From: a virus
Taxonomy: Duplodnaviria > Caudoviricetes
Length of the DNA stretch: 39,326 nt
Reading direction: 5' to 3' (one strand)
Virus record (IMG/VR): IMGVR_UViG_3300009095_000033
Location: 1 to 39,326 of that record
Under the pieces are notes generated by a model. That model ran no database searches, had not been told where the DNA came from, and was given only the letters and a program-made list of their open reading frames with translations. The translations under genes and the position numbers were made by a program. The first letter of the stretch is position 1, and each line of letters starts with the position of its first letter. Below are positions 27,355 to 37,328 of this stretch, piece by piece.

Positions 27355-27570
27355 ATGCTAAAAACGGTTGTAATTGCTACGTCTTTGGTGGTTGCCACGG
27401 GCTGCGGCGCGGCCACGAAAAACCTGCTCGAGTGCAAACTCGACAGCCTGAAGATTCTCCCCAGTGACCCTGAGCGGATCACGATCGGAGACCTGAAGGA
27501 CGTCGTCTCTCGCGTCCGAGCCTGCCACTCGGAGGAGCTGGCCCCCATCCCGCCGGAGCTCGAAGAGTGA
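27355..27570 (+). CDS. small lipoprotein, possible o-spanin
   Basis: AAGGAGG RBS; MLKTVVIATSLVVATG-C lipobox-like cleavage site. Confidence 0.65.
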   Translation: MLKTVVIATSLVVATGCGAATKNLLECKLDSLKILPSDPERITIGDLKDVVSRVRACHSEELAPIPPELEE

Positions 27571-27848
27571 CCCAGGAGCTCGTCACGTTCGCGATGCTGG
27601 CCGTCACGTGCGTCCTGTGCGTGGCGAGCTCAGCGCTCGGGCTGAGCGCCGTCAAGGACATCGCGCAGGAGATGCGCAAGCTTCACCTTCAGCAGGGCAA
27701 CATCATCGCCATGATGATCCGTGCTGGGTTCCGCCCGGCACGCGGAGAGCCCGACTGGGGCGACTCGGGCGACAAGACGCGCCTGGCCAAGGCCGACGTG
27801 TCGACCGCCACCACCGCACCGTTCCAGTTCCGCAAACCCTGGAATTGA
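27567..27848 (+). CDS. membrane protein (holin- or i-spanin-like)
   Basis: GTGA-coupled; N-terminal TM helix followed by an amphipathic helix. Confidence 0.55.
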   Translation: MTQELVTFAMLAVTCVLCVASSALGLSAVKDIAQEMRKLHLQQGNIIAMMIRAGFRPARGEPDWGDSGDKTRLAKADVSTATTAPFQFRKPWN

Positions 27849-27858
27849 TAGGTAAAAA

Positions 27859-28020
27859 ATGATAGTTCAGGCCCCAAAGCCAGTCGTGCGCATCGAATAC
27901 CGCGTGCAGCGGCATCCTGATGAGCAGTGCGCCCAGCTCATCGAGCGCATCGAATTTCACCGTAAGCAGGCGGCGTCTGCCGAGGAGCAGCTCAAGGCGC
28001 GCCTGAAGGAGATCGGATAA
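27859..28020 (+). CDS. small hypothetical protein (MIVQAPKPVVRIEY...LKEIG)
   Basis: 53-aa ORF absent from the ORF track; TAATG-coupled to the next gene. Confidence 0.55.
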   Translation: MIVQAPKPVVRIEYRVQRHPDEQCAQLIERIEFHRKQAASAEEQLKARLKEIG

Positions 28021-28397
28021 TGGCTCTCACACTTGGCAACCCCGATACGTTTGCGGACGCGGCCCGCAACGCTCAAGCGGACGCCGTTGACGCGCTGGTT
28101 GAGAGCGGGAACATCGTGTTCCGCGCGACGAACGACTCGGGCACCATCCTCGCGGAGTTCGACTTGCAGAACCCGGCGTTCGGTAGCGCCAGCTCCGGCA
28201 CCATCACGCTCGCTGGCACCACGTTGAGCGACACGGCCCCCGCGGGCTCGGCGACGGCCGTCGCGCGCTGGCAGCTGCGCACCTCGGGAGACGCCGCGAT
28301 CATGAGTGGACCCATCACCGGCAGCGACACGATCACGAGCGGACAGACCGTCAACCTGACCGCGTTCAGCATCACCTGGCCGTCGTCGTCGTCCTGA
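28020..28397 (+). CDS. tail-fibre-associated structural protein
   Basis: ARNAQADA...LAEFDL.NPAF...ITSGQTVNLTAFSIT, a beta-sandwich type seen in phage tail regions. Confidence 0.7.
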   Translation: MALTLGNPDTFADAARNAQADAVDALVESGNIVFRATNDSGTILAEFDLQNPAFGSASSGTITLAGTTLSDTAPAGSATAVARWQLRTSGDAAIMSGPITGSDTITSGQTVNLTAFSITWPSSSS

Positions 28398-28408
28398 GGT
28401 AGCCCGGC

Positions 28409-29722
28409 GTGGCGTACATCAGCCACACCGCGAGCGCCACGACCGGGCGCACCGAGACGATCGCGGCCAACTGCGATCTCGTCGTCGTTGCCGTCATCCA
28501 CTTTGGGGAAACAGGCGCCATCGATTGTGAGCTCGGCGGAACGGCGCTCACGCTCGCCACCGACGATAACCCCTACGTCAAGATCTTCTACCGGCTGAAC
28601 CCGGCGGCGGGCGCTCAGACGCTGGACTTCGAGCTGAATCAGATCAGCTCGGTCGTGTGCGCTCAGTACAGCGACATCGAGTCGTTTCAGTCGGCGCAGC
28701 AGGCGAGCGCAGGCAGCGCCAACTACAGCCCGAGTGGCGCCGGGCTCATCGTGCACGCGATCAGCGCGACGAGCGCCGGGACGCCGGTCGCGGACACCAA
28801 CGAGCGCTTCGACGGTGGCACGGGCGAGTGGTACGGCGACCGCATCGTGACGGGCGCCGGCACCGTCAACGTCGGCGCGACGATCAGCGATCCGGACTAC
28901 GCGGGCGCCATCTTCCTGGCGCCATCCGAGGAGCCCGAGGAAGTCGACGCGAGCGGCACCCCGACTGCCGCTGCCCCGACCGCCTCGGGTAGCGCGAGCG
29001 TCGTCGTCTCGAGCTCGGGCGCCTCCACCGCGGCTGCCCCCACCGCCAGCGGGTCAGCGTCGCCCGTTGTGGCGTCAAGCGGCGCCGTAAGCGGGCCCGC
29101 GCCGAGCGCATCAGGAGCGGCGAGCGCGGTCGTCTCTGCCGCCGGGACACTGTCTGCTCTCACCCCTGGGGCCTCCGGCAGCTCCAGCGCGGTCGTGGGT
29201 GCCTCGGGCGCGCCATCCGCGGCGCCGCCCACTGCCACGGGGGCAGCCGAGGGCGAGGCCGTTGACCCGGAGGCATCCGGCTCCGTGTCGGCGCCTGCCC
29301 CTGGTGCCGCGGGCTCAGCGTCGGTCGATGTCGCCGCCAGCGGCTCCACAGTCGCCGCGGCGCCGAGCGCCAGCGCGGGACTGGGCGTAGTGGTCAGCGC
29401 GTCCGGAGCCACCGATGCCATCGCCCCGGGAGCCGCCGGAAGCTCCAGCGTGGTCGTCGGCGCATCGGGTGCAGTGGCGGCCGCTCAACCGATAGCGAGC
29501 GGTTCGGCTGTCGACCCGGACGCATTGGTGTCGCGGCTCAGGGCAACCGCCAGCGCCACCGTCCCCCAGGTCAGCGCGCGCGCCACTCGCGCGGTATCAT
29601 CAGCGGCAGCGGTCTCGACCCAGATCGCAGCGCGCACCACTCGTGCGGTATCATCATCGGCAGCGGTCTCGACCCAGATCGCAGCGTCCACGCCCGGCGG
29701 CGGGAAGCTCTCGGAGGGCTAA
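28409..29722 (+). CDS. tail fibre / adhesin with Ala-Ser-Gly repeat stalk
   Basis: GAGG RBS; beta-rich N-terminal domain, then repeats of VxASGxxxAxAPxAxGS. Confidence 0.7.
   Translation: MAYISHTASATTGRTETIAANCDLVVVAVIHFGETGAIDCELGGTALTLATDDNPYVKIFYRLNPAAGAQTLDFELNQISSVVCAQYSDIESFQSAQQASAGSANYSPSGAGLIVHAISATSAGTPVADTNERFDGGTGEWYGDRIVTGAGTVNVGATISDPDYAGAIFLAPSEEPEEVDASGTPTAAAPTASGSASVVVSSSGASTAAAPTASGSASPVVASSGAVSGPAPSASGAASAVVSAAGTLSALTPGASGSSSAVVGASGAPSAAPPTATGAAEGEAVDPEASGSVSAPAPGAAGSASVDVAASGSTVAAAPSASAGLGVVVSASGATDAIAPGAAGSSSVVVGASGAVAAAQPIASGSAVDPDALVSRLRATASATVPQVSARATRAVSSAAAVSTQIAARTTRAVSSSAAVSTQIAASTPGGGKLSEG
29583..29686 (+). repeat. 54-bp tandem duplication (18 aa)
   Basis: CCACTCG(C/T)GCGGTATCATCA(G/T)CGGCAGCGGTCTCGACCCAGATCGCAGCG at 29583 and 29637. 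Confidence 0.9.
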
Positions 29723-30060
29723 ATGGCAACCATCGGCACCACGATCACGTTCTCGGCGACCTTCGTCGACTCCAGCGGTTCAGCCGCCGACCCTGACACC
29801 GTCGAGTTCTTCCTGCGCGAGAGCATCGACGGCACCGAGCTCGAATGGACGTACAAGGCCGACCCCACCGAGGTCACCGACTACCCCGAGGACGCGAACC
29901 CGGTCGTGCGTGACAGCGCGGGCGTCTACCACGTGGCTTGGGTCGCGCGCAAAGCGGAGCGGCACATCGGCCACTTCAAGGCCAGCGGCACCGTTCCGGA
30001 CCAGAGCGCCGAGACCACCTATCTCGTGCGGCACACCGAGGTCGAGGCAGCGGTCGAGTA

Positions 30061-30061
<1 letters not shown>
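29723..30061 (+). CDS. small Ig-like tail-associated protein
   Basis: GGAGG RBS; [14 protein letters not shown]...DP, SAGVYHV. Confidence 0.65.
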
Positions 30062-32205
<2,144 letters not shown>

Positions 32206-32254
32206 CCTTCGGGCGCGAATGACGAGCCTCAAACCGCCCCGCTCGACCCGGACG

Positions 32255-32383
32255 TCACAACCCGTCGCCTCGCTCCAACGGGACGCAGCAGGACTCGGGC
32301 GCCGGCGATAGCACCATGGCGTCAGGCGCCTCGGGAGCGCCTGAGCAGGCGGCAAGCAGGCCCGCAAGCAACAGGCGCTTCAT
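32255..32383 (-). CDS. small lipoprotein (MKRLLLAGLLAAC-SGAPEAPDA..., 42 aa)
   Basis: ATGA-coupled to the upstream gene; LAAC lipobox; absent from the ORF track. Confidence 0.6.
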   Translation of the reverse strand: MKRLLLAGLLAACSGAPEAPDAMVLSPAPESCCVPLERGDGL

Positions 32384-32892
32384 GACGCACCACGCTCGGG
32401 CACGAACGCGGGGCAGTCGATGTCACTGCACAGGGTTACCAGCGTGCTCGCGTTAATGGTGCCATCGTTTGCCTTGGCTGATGAGACACCCGAGTCCGAA
32501 TGAATGTTTTTTCCACCCATCATGGCGTGGATAATCTCGTGAACCGCCGTGCTTTCCGTGTCGAGGCAGCCGGGCACTTCGCTAGATATGTCGATTCGAG
32601 TAACGTAATCTTTCCCCTTATAGTGTTCGACGAACGTTCCGCCGCATACGGGGCGGCCCTTGAGGTTTCGGACCACAGGCACAACCCGAATAGGTACGCC
32701 GCCCCCGTTCTCCGACAGCCAGCAGCCCGAGGCCGCGTTGATGCGAGCGAGCGCGCGCGCCCCTATCGCCCGCGATGACTCGTCCAGTGCTAGGCGTAGT
32801 GCGCACCCATAGGGCCCAGCGTCAGGCGCCTCGGGAGCGCCCGCGCAGGCGGCAAGCAGGGCGAGCACCACCAGGGCCACCAGGCGCCTCAC
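32380..32892 (-). CDS. lipoprotein with HExxH zinc-metallopeptidase-like domain
   Basis: GTG at 32892 (GTGA overlap); MRRLVALVVLALLAAC lipobox; TAVHEIIHAMMG...H. Confidence 0.75.
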   Translation of the reverse strand: MRRLVALVVLALLAACAGAPEAPDAGPYGCALRLALDESSRAIGARALARINAASGCWLSENGGGVPIRVVPVVRNLKGRPVCGGTFVEHYKGKDYVTRIDISSEVPGCLDTESTAVHEIIHAMMGGKNIHSDSGVSSAKANDGTINASTLVTLCSDIDCPAFVPERGAS

Positions 32893-33365
32893 GACGCACC
32901 CCGTCGCAGCCGACACTGCTGAACGCTGGGAGTGAAGTCCTTCTGCAGAAGTGTTTTTCGGCCGTCAGCGCTGCGTCCAGTGACGCGGTACCCAGCCGCC
33001 TTGAAGCAACAGCCCGGGTTGTGGCTGCGGACCCTGGAATCCCAAACGTAGGTGATTAGGCCGTCGGGGCCGCAATCGGTAAGAAACTCTTCTGCCGCAA
33101 CCACCATCGCTGACGAGAGATGCAGATCACTGCGCTCGTTCCGGAAGATCGTGCAGGTCCAGCCGTCCAAGCCATTCATCGCGCGTATCCCGCTTTGTGG
33201 CGCCGGTCGCCACCAGCCCCAAACCGCACCAGCAGCCCGCAGCACGATCGTTTGCCCCGGGGGCATGAACTGCGGGCTGCCGACTTTGCGTCGCGAGTAG
33301 TGACGATCGGCGAGGGCAACGCACTCGCGATCGCCCTTGTGGGTGAGCGTCCAGGGGTTGGTCAT
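32889..33365 (-). CDS. Mom-like (XF1762-type) GNAT, putative DNA-modification protein
   Basis: ADRHYS, IFRNE, LITYV, NPGCCFKAAGY resemble Mom-family motifs. Confidence 0.6.
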   Translation of the reverse strand: MTNPWTLTHKGDRECVALADRHYSRRKVGSPQFMPPGQTIVLRAAGAVWGWWRPAPQSGIRAMNGLDGWTCTIFRNERSDLHLSSAMVVAAEEFLTDCGPDGLITYVWDSRVRSHNPGCCFKAAGYRVTGRSADGRKTLLQKDFTPSVQQCRLRRGAS

Positions 33366-33372
33366 CAAGTGT

Positions 33373-33837
33373 TCAGCGCCGCTCCTTCACATCGGGGTCG
33401 TAGTCGGGACCGAGGTCCTCGAGCTCTTGCTCACGAGACTTGTGGCCACTACATCGTAGGTCGACGAGCACGCTCGACCGGTGTCCAGGGTTGCGGGCCA
33501 ACGAAGACCTGACGGCCATCGCGAAAGTACCCTGAGTGCGAGCCCCCTCGGTGGCCGCGATGGAGTCGAGCCCCATCCTCCTGAGCTCTCGGTAGCGGGC
33601 TGAGCGCTCTTCGTTGTCCGGCGTGTCGACCTTGGGGCGCCCGCCCTCCCTGAGCTTCCGAAGCTCGCCGCCCGGGTCGAGCTCTTCGGGGTCGCCGCCC
33701 TGCCCCTCGATCATGGAGACGAACCGAGAGACGCATTCGGAGCCCCGCGTCGCGTCCTTCGGCGCCACGCCGATCTCGCGCAGGATTCGGCGCCGGGCCA
33801 TCCTCCGCTGCCTTGCCGCCGCGCTCTCGTTCGTCAC
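33373..33837 (-). CDS. hypothetical protein
   Basis: GTG at 33837 overlaps the upstream stop. Confidence 0.65.
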   Translation of the reverse strand: MTNESAAARQRRMARRRILREIGVAPKDATRGSECVSRFVSMIEGQGGDPEELDPGGELRKLREGGRPKVDTPDNEERSARYRELRRMGLDSIAATEGARTQGTFAMAVRSSLARNPGHRSSVLVDLRCSGHKSREQELEDLGPDYDPDVKERR

Positions 33838-34034
33838 AGGACACCCCCGCACGTGCAGAGCTCCTGATCGGGCACGTACACGAAAGCGCCGCAGCGAGGG
33901 CACGTGCGCGGCCTGATGGGCACCGCGGCCCGGAACGCGGCCTTTGCCGAATCCTTGGCGCGCCGAGCCTTGTCCCGCCACCACTCGCGCAACGCGAGCT
34001 CCGCGACGGCTCCCGCCCAATGCCACAGGCTCAC
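33834..34034 (-). CDS. small Zn-ribbon protein (CPRC...CTC)
   Basis: GTG at 34034 overlaps the upstream stop. Confidence 0.55.
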   Translation of the reverse strand: MSLWHWAGAVAELALREWWRDKARRAKDSAKAAFRAAVPIRPRTCPRCGAFVYVPDQELCTCGGVL

Positions 34035-34234
34035 GTCGGACCACCAATGTCGGCTGATCTTGGACCGTTGGCCCCGTAGGAGTAGAGGCCGAAATCTGCC
34101 CAATAGCGTCGCCCGTCTCCCAGTTCCACGTATTCCTGCCCCAGCTTGTTCATCGCCGCGCGAGCCTCGAGGCGCCCCTTGTCGCTGTCCAGCGAGAATG
34201 TCTCGTCCCCGATCTTCACCACCGTGCAACTCAT
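34031..34234 (-). CDS. hypothetical protein
   Basis: ATGA-coupled to the sigma factor gene. Confidence 0.65.
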   Translation of the reverse strand: MSCTVVKIGDETFSLDSDKGRLEARAAMNKLGQEYVELGDGRRYWADFGLYSYGANGPRSADIGGPT

Positions 34235-34743
34235 AACGCAACCCTTTCCATCGGCAAACTGTCCCTGATCATCTGAAGGGCAGTCTTCTCTATCATCCGC
34301 GCCCTCTCGCGCGTGAACCCGAATTTCTTCCCCACCTCTTCGAGCGTCATGTCGTGCGCGAACCGCATCCGGATCACATCCTGATATCGCTCAGGCAAAG
34401 CGGCAAGCGCCTTTGTGACTCCAGAGGTCAGCGGCCCCATTTCGCTCGGCTCGGTTTGCTGCTCGGGTGGGAAGTTGTCTTCCCCTTCGCGAAAGACGCC
34501 GTTGGCCCCCACCCGCTTCGGTATCGCGACCGGCGCGATCATGCTGGAAATGTTGCGGTAGGCAGCGCGCTTGACCGCGTAGCCTACCGCGGTGCTCGGC
34601 GCGCACGGCAGCGCGGCCTCGTCGCTCGTGGCGATCCATGACTCCAGCATCGCGTCCTGCACCAGGTCATCCCAGGAATACGACGGTGAGTCAGCCCACC
34701 GATACCGCCGGCACAGGCGCTTCACTAGGCCCTCGTGTTTCAC
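34231..34743 (-). CDS. sigma-70 family RNA polymerase sigma factor
   Basis: Region 2 GLVKRLCRRY...DDLVQDA; region 4 LPERYQDVIRMRF...MTLEEVGKKFGFTRERARMIEKTAL; GTG at 34743. Confidence 0.85.
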   Translation of the reverse strand: MKHEGLVKRLCRRYRWADSPSYSWDDLVQDAMLESWIATSDEAALPCAPSTAVGYAVKRAAYRNISSMIAPVAIPKRVGANGVFREGEDNFPPEQQTEPSEMGPLTSGVTKALAALPERYQDVIRMRFAHDMTLEEVGKKFGFTRERARMIEKTALQMIRDSLPMERVAL

Positions 34744-36389
34744 TGCTCTTCTCCTTCGTCCTTGTGCAGGTCCCCCTTGTGCCAGAGGTCGAGCGCCAGC
34801 CCGAAACGCATGGCGGCGTTCCGCAGCGCGTCGCCGATGACCTCCTTTTCCCGAGCCCCTACGTCCTGGTACGCTTTCTTTTCGGCGTGCCCGTATCCGA
34901 GGCGGGTGACGCCGCAGACCGTCAGGCGAATCCACAGGCCGCCGCTCGCGTCGAACAGCGGTAGCCCCTCCGACGAGAGCGCCGCCGGTTCCCACGTCCA
35001 GCCAGGATCAGCGTCGAGAAGCCGGTCTGTCGTCGCGGCGTGGCCGACGTAGTCCAGGTGGACGATCCGAGGATGGTGCCACCCGCCGCAGATGGTGCAA
35101 TTCCGCTTCTCGTTCGGGGGGCACATGTTCTGTGCCTTGGTGCCCTTCGGGAGCTTGCTGACCAGGTGGTCAGGGAACGGCTCACGAAGCAGAGCCAGGC
35201 CTTCGGGGCGGCGAGTCCGGGTGCCGGCTGTAGGTGCACTTGCCGGCGGCGTGGCAGCCGAGGGGCGAGACGCAGCCGCTGGGGTAGGGGCAGGGGCCCG
35301 GGTCGGCGTAGCGCTCGACGTCGGCTCTGTCGGGCGGCTGGGGGCCGTAGACGTCCCAGCGGTGGGTCTCGGTGTTGTAGCGGTTGGCGTGCGGGTAGCT
35401 GACGCTGATGTCGAAGCAGAGCTGCGCTCCTGGGCTGCCCGTCGCAGGTGCTCGTCGGCTTTTGGGTCAGCGCCGATCAGCGGTGCGGCCGGCGCCGTCA
35501 TCTGCTCGCGCTCCTCGGCCAGCTCCTCGGGCTCGGGCTCCCAGGCCGTCGTCTTGGTTCCTGACTCGGGTGTGCGCCGGTACTCGAGATAGCTCATCGG
35601 GTCGCGCTCGAGCTCGACGTCGGTGCGCAGGGTGGTCAGCTCCAGCCAGCGGTTCAACTCTGCCATCCCCGCCGCGAAGTAGCGCCACTTCGCGTTCGGC
35701 TCTTTCCCCGCTTCCGCCGCTGCGGAGCACGCTGCGGTGCACGCCTCGATCATCGCCTGCGGCGTGCCGTAGGTGTTGATCAGCCACGCAGCGCTCTTCC
35801 ACCCCAGGTTTTTGATGCCCGGGATCGAGTCGCTGTCGTCCCCGTTGATCGCTTGCGCCAGCGCGAACTGGTCGGGTCGCACATCGTACTTCTTGCTCAC
35901 GTACTCGGGCCCACGGGGCTCGTAGCCGTCGCCCGTCGGCACCATGAGCCGCACCGTCTCCGAGACGCACTGGAGCAGGTCCTTGTCCTCTCCTACGATC
36001 CGGATGTCGTCGCACCCCGCCTCGCTGTAGACACGCGCCAGCGTCGCGATCACGTCGTCTGACTCCTGCCCCCTGCATCGCGCGAGCTGGTAGCCGTCCG
36101 CTTCGAGCCTGTCTAGCGTCCAGCGGATGATGTGTCCTTTCGCCGGGTCGCGGTCGCGCAGCTCCTTGTAGCCCTCGAATCGCTGCTTGCGCCAGTAGGG
36201 CGGCCAGTCCAGACAGACGACCACGCGCTCGACGCTGTCTCGCACGCTGGCGATCTGGTCGAGCGTGGCCTGCCCCGCGTCGTTGACCCCGCCGTCCTTG
36301 GCGCGGGCGTGGAAGTGCACGCTCAACAGCGAGCTGAAGTCGACCAGCGCGATTGACGCCGGCATGTCCGGGATGTTCACAGCTTGCAT
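34740..36389 (-). CDS. fusion of a 5'-3' (PolA-N/FEN-like) exonuclease and a Rad52/Sak-like single-strand annealing protein
   Basis: LVDFS, CLD..PYWRKQRFEGYK..R, ESDDVIATL, GEDKDLLQ, GDDSDSIPGIKNLGWKSA; then LREPFP, LDYVGHA.TTDRL, WTWEP, GVTRLGYG, KEVIGDALRNAAMRFGLALDLW. Confidence 0.85.
   Translation of the reverse strand: MQAVNIPDMPASIALVDFSSLLSVHFHARAKDGGVNDAGQATLDQIASVRDSVERVVVCLDWPPYWRKQRFEGYKELRDRDPAKGHIIRWTLDRLEADGYQLARCRGQESDDVIATLARVYSEAGCDDIRIVGEDKDLLQCVSETVRLMVPTGDGYEPRGPEYVSKKYDVRPDQFALAQAINGDDSDSIPGIKNLGWKSAAWLINTYGTPQAMIEACTAACSAAAEAGKEPNAKWRYFAAGMAELNRWLELTTLRTDVELERDPMSYLEYRRTPESGTKTTAWEPEPEELAEEREQMTAPAAPLIGADPKADEHLRRAAQERSSASTSASATRTPTATTPRPTAGTSTAPSRPTEPTSSATPTRAPAPTPAAASRPSAATPPASAPTAGTRTRRPEGLALLREPFPDHLVSKLPKGTKAQNMCPPNEKRNCTICGGWHHPRIVHLDYVGHAATTDRLLDADPGWTWEPAALSSEGLPLFDASGGLWIRLTVCGVTRLGYGHAEKKAYQDVGAREKEVIGDALRNAAMRFGLALDLWHKGDLHKDEGEEQ
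35182..35466 (-). other. candidate -1 programmed frameshift and overprinted 94-codon frame
   Basis: In-frame slippery C_CCA_AAA at 35466-35460 directly after a -1-frame TGA; -1 frame stays open to TGA at 35182 and has no start codon. Confidence 0.5.
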
Positions 36390-36949
36390 TTTTCCCTCTC
36401 GATCTCTTGTTGCAGCGCGGCGAAGTCGTCGCGCCAGGGTTGATCCATCAGCTCGTGCGCCGTGTTCTCCAGCAGGCGCATGGCGGTGCCGAGTCGCAGC
36501 TCCAGCGTATTGGCCTCGTCGCGAGTCTCCAGCAACCGTGTGCGCACACGCTGCAGCTCGGCCTTGTTCTCCAGGTGCCGAGCCTGATCGACGCTGCCGC
36601 GCGTGGCCTCATGCCGCGCCCTCTCTGCCTCGAGCTCTGCACGCGCCTGCGCCAGCTCTGTCTCGAGCAACCCGCGCATCGACGCGCCGGACTCGGCCAG
36701 CCGCGTCACGAGCTCTTTCGTCGGCCCCGCGGTGTTCAGGCCGCGAGCCGCGCACGCCTGCTCTAGCAGCTCGTGCACATCTTCGGCCGCGCGCTCGATC
36801 GCCATCGAGTCGGCGATGATCGTCTCCGCCCGCTCCTGCTCGGCCTCGATCATCTCCGCCCTGGTGGCCGCGAGCGAGCTCAGCACCGTGAGCGCCGTCC
36901 TCATCGTGTCGCGCTCCTGGTTGCGTAGGTTGTTCAGTTTGATCGTCAT
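36377..36949 (-). CDS. coiled-coil hypothetical protein
   Basis: ATGA-coupled; E/L/A/R heptads. Confidence 0.7.
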   Translation of the reverse strand: MTIKLNNLRNQERDTMRTALTVLSSLAATRAEMIEAEQERAETIIADSMAIERAAEDVHELLEQACAARGLNTAGPTKELVTRLAESGASMRGLLETELAQARAELEAERARHEATRGSVDQARHLENKAELQRVRTRLLETRDEANTLELRLGTAMRLLENTAHELMDQPWRDDFAALQQEIEREKCKL

Positions 36950-37323
36950 GTTGCTTTGCCCCCGGAGGTCCCGCACTCGCTGGCACGGACGGGCGCGTCG
37001 TCGGCGTGGATGATGAACCCGCTCGTTGACGCGCACAGCGCCACGCGCAGCCGCTCTTGCTCGGCCTCGGACCGCGCGAGCTTGGCTCGCAGCTCGTCCT
37101 TTTCCGCGTCGCGAACCTGCCAGTCATCCGCCAGAAGGTCCGTTTGGCTCGCTGTCCACGGGACCAGTGCGCCCTGGGACGTGCGCAAGTAGACGTAGGG
37201 GAGCGTCATCTTGCCCAGTACGCCCGGCTGCTGGAGCTCTAGATACTGGCCCGCGCCGTTCCAGCCACCGCGGGTGACCTGCTTTCCGTCCTTCAGTGCC
37301 CTGACGGCTTCTCCGATGTTCAT
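36946..37323 (-). CDS. tad2: DUF2829 / Thoeris anti-defence Tad2-family protein with C-terminal extension
   Basis: MNIGEAVRALKDGKQVTRGGWNG...PYVYLRTSQG.LVPWTASQTDLLADDW. Confidence 0.85.
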   Translation of the reverse strand: MNIGEAVRALKDGKQVTRGGWNGAGQYLELQQPGVLGKMTLPYVYLRTSQGALVPWTASQTDLLADDWQVRDAEKDELRAKLARSEAEQERLRVALCASTSGFIIHADDAPVRASECGTSGGKAT

Positions 37324-37328
37324 CTTGA

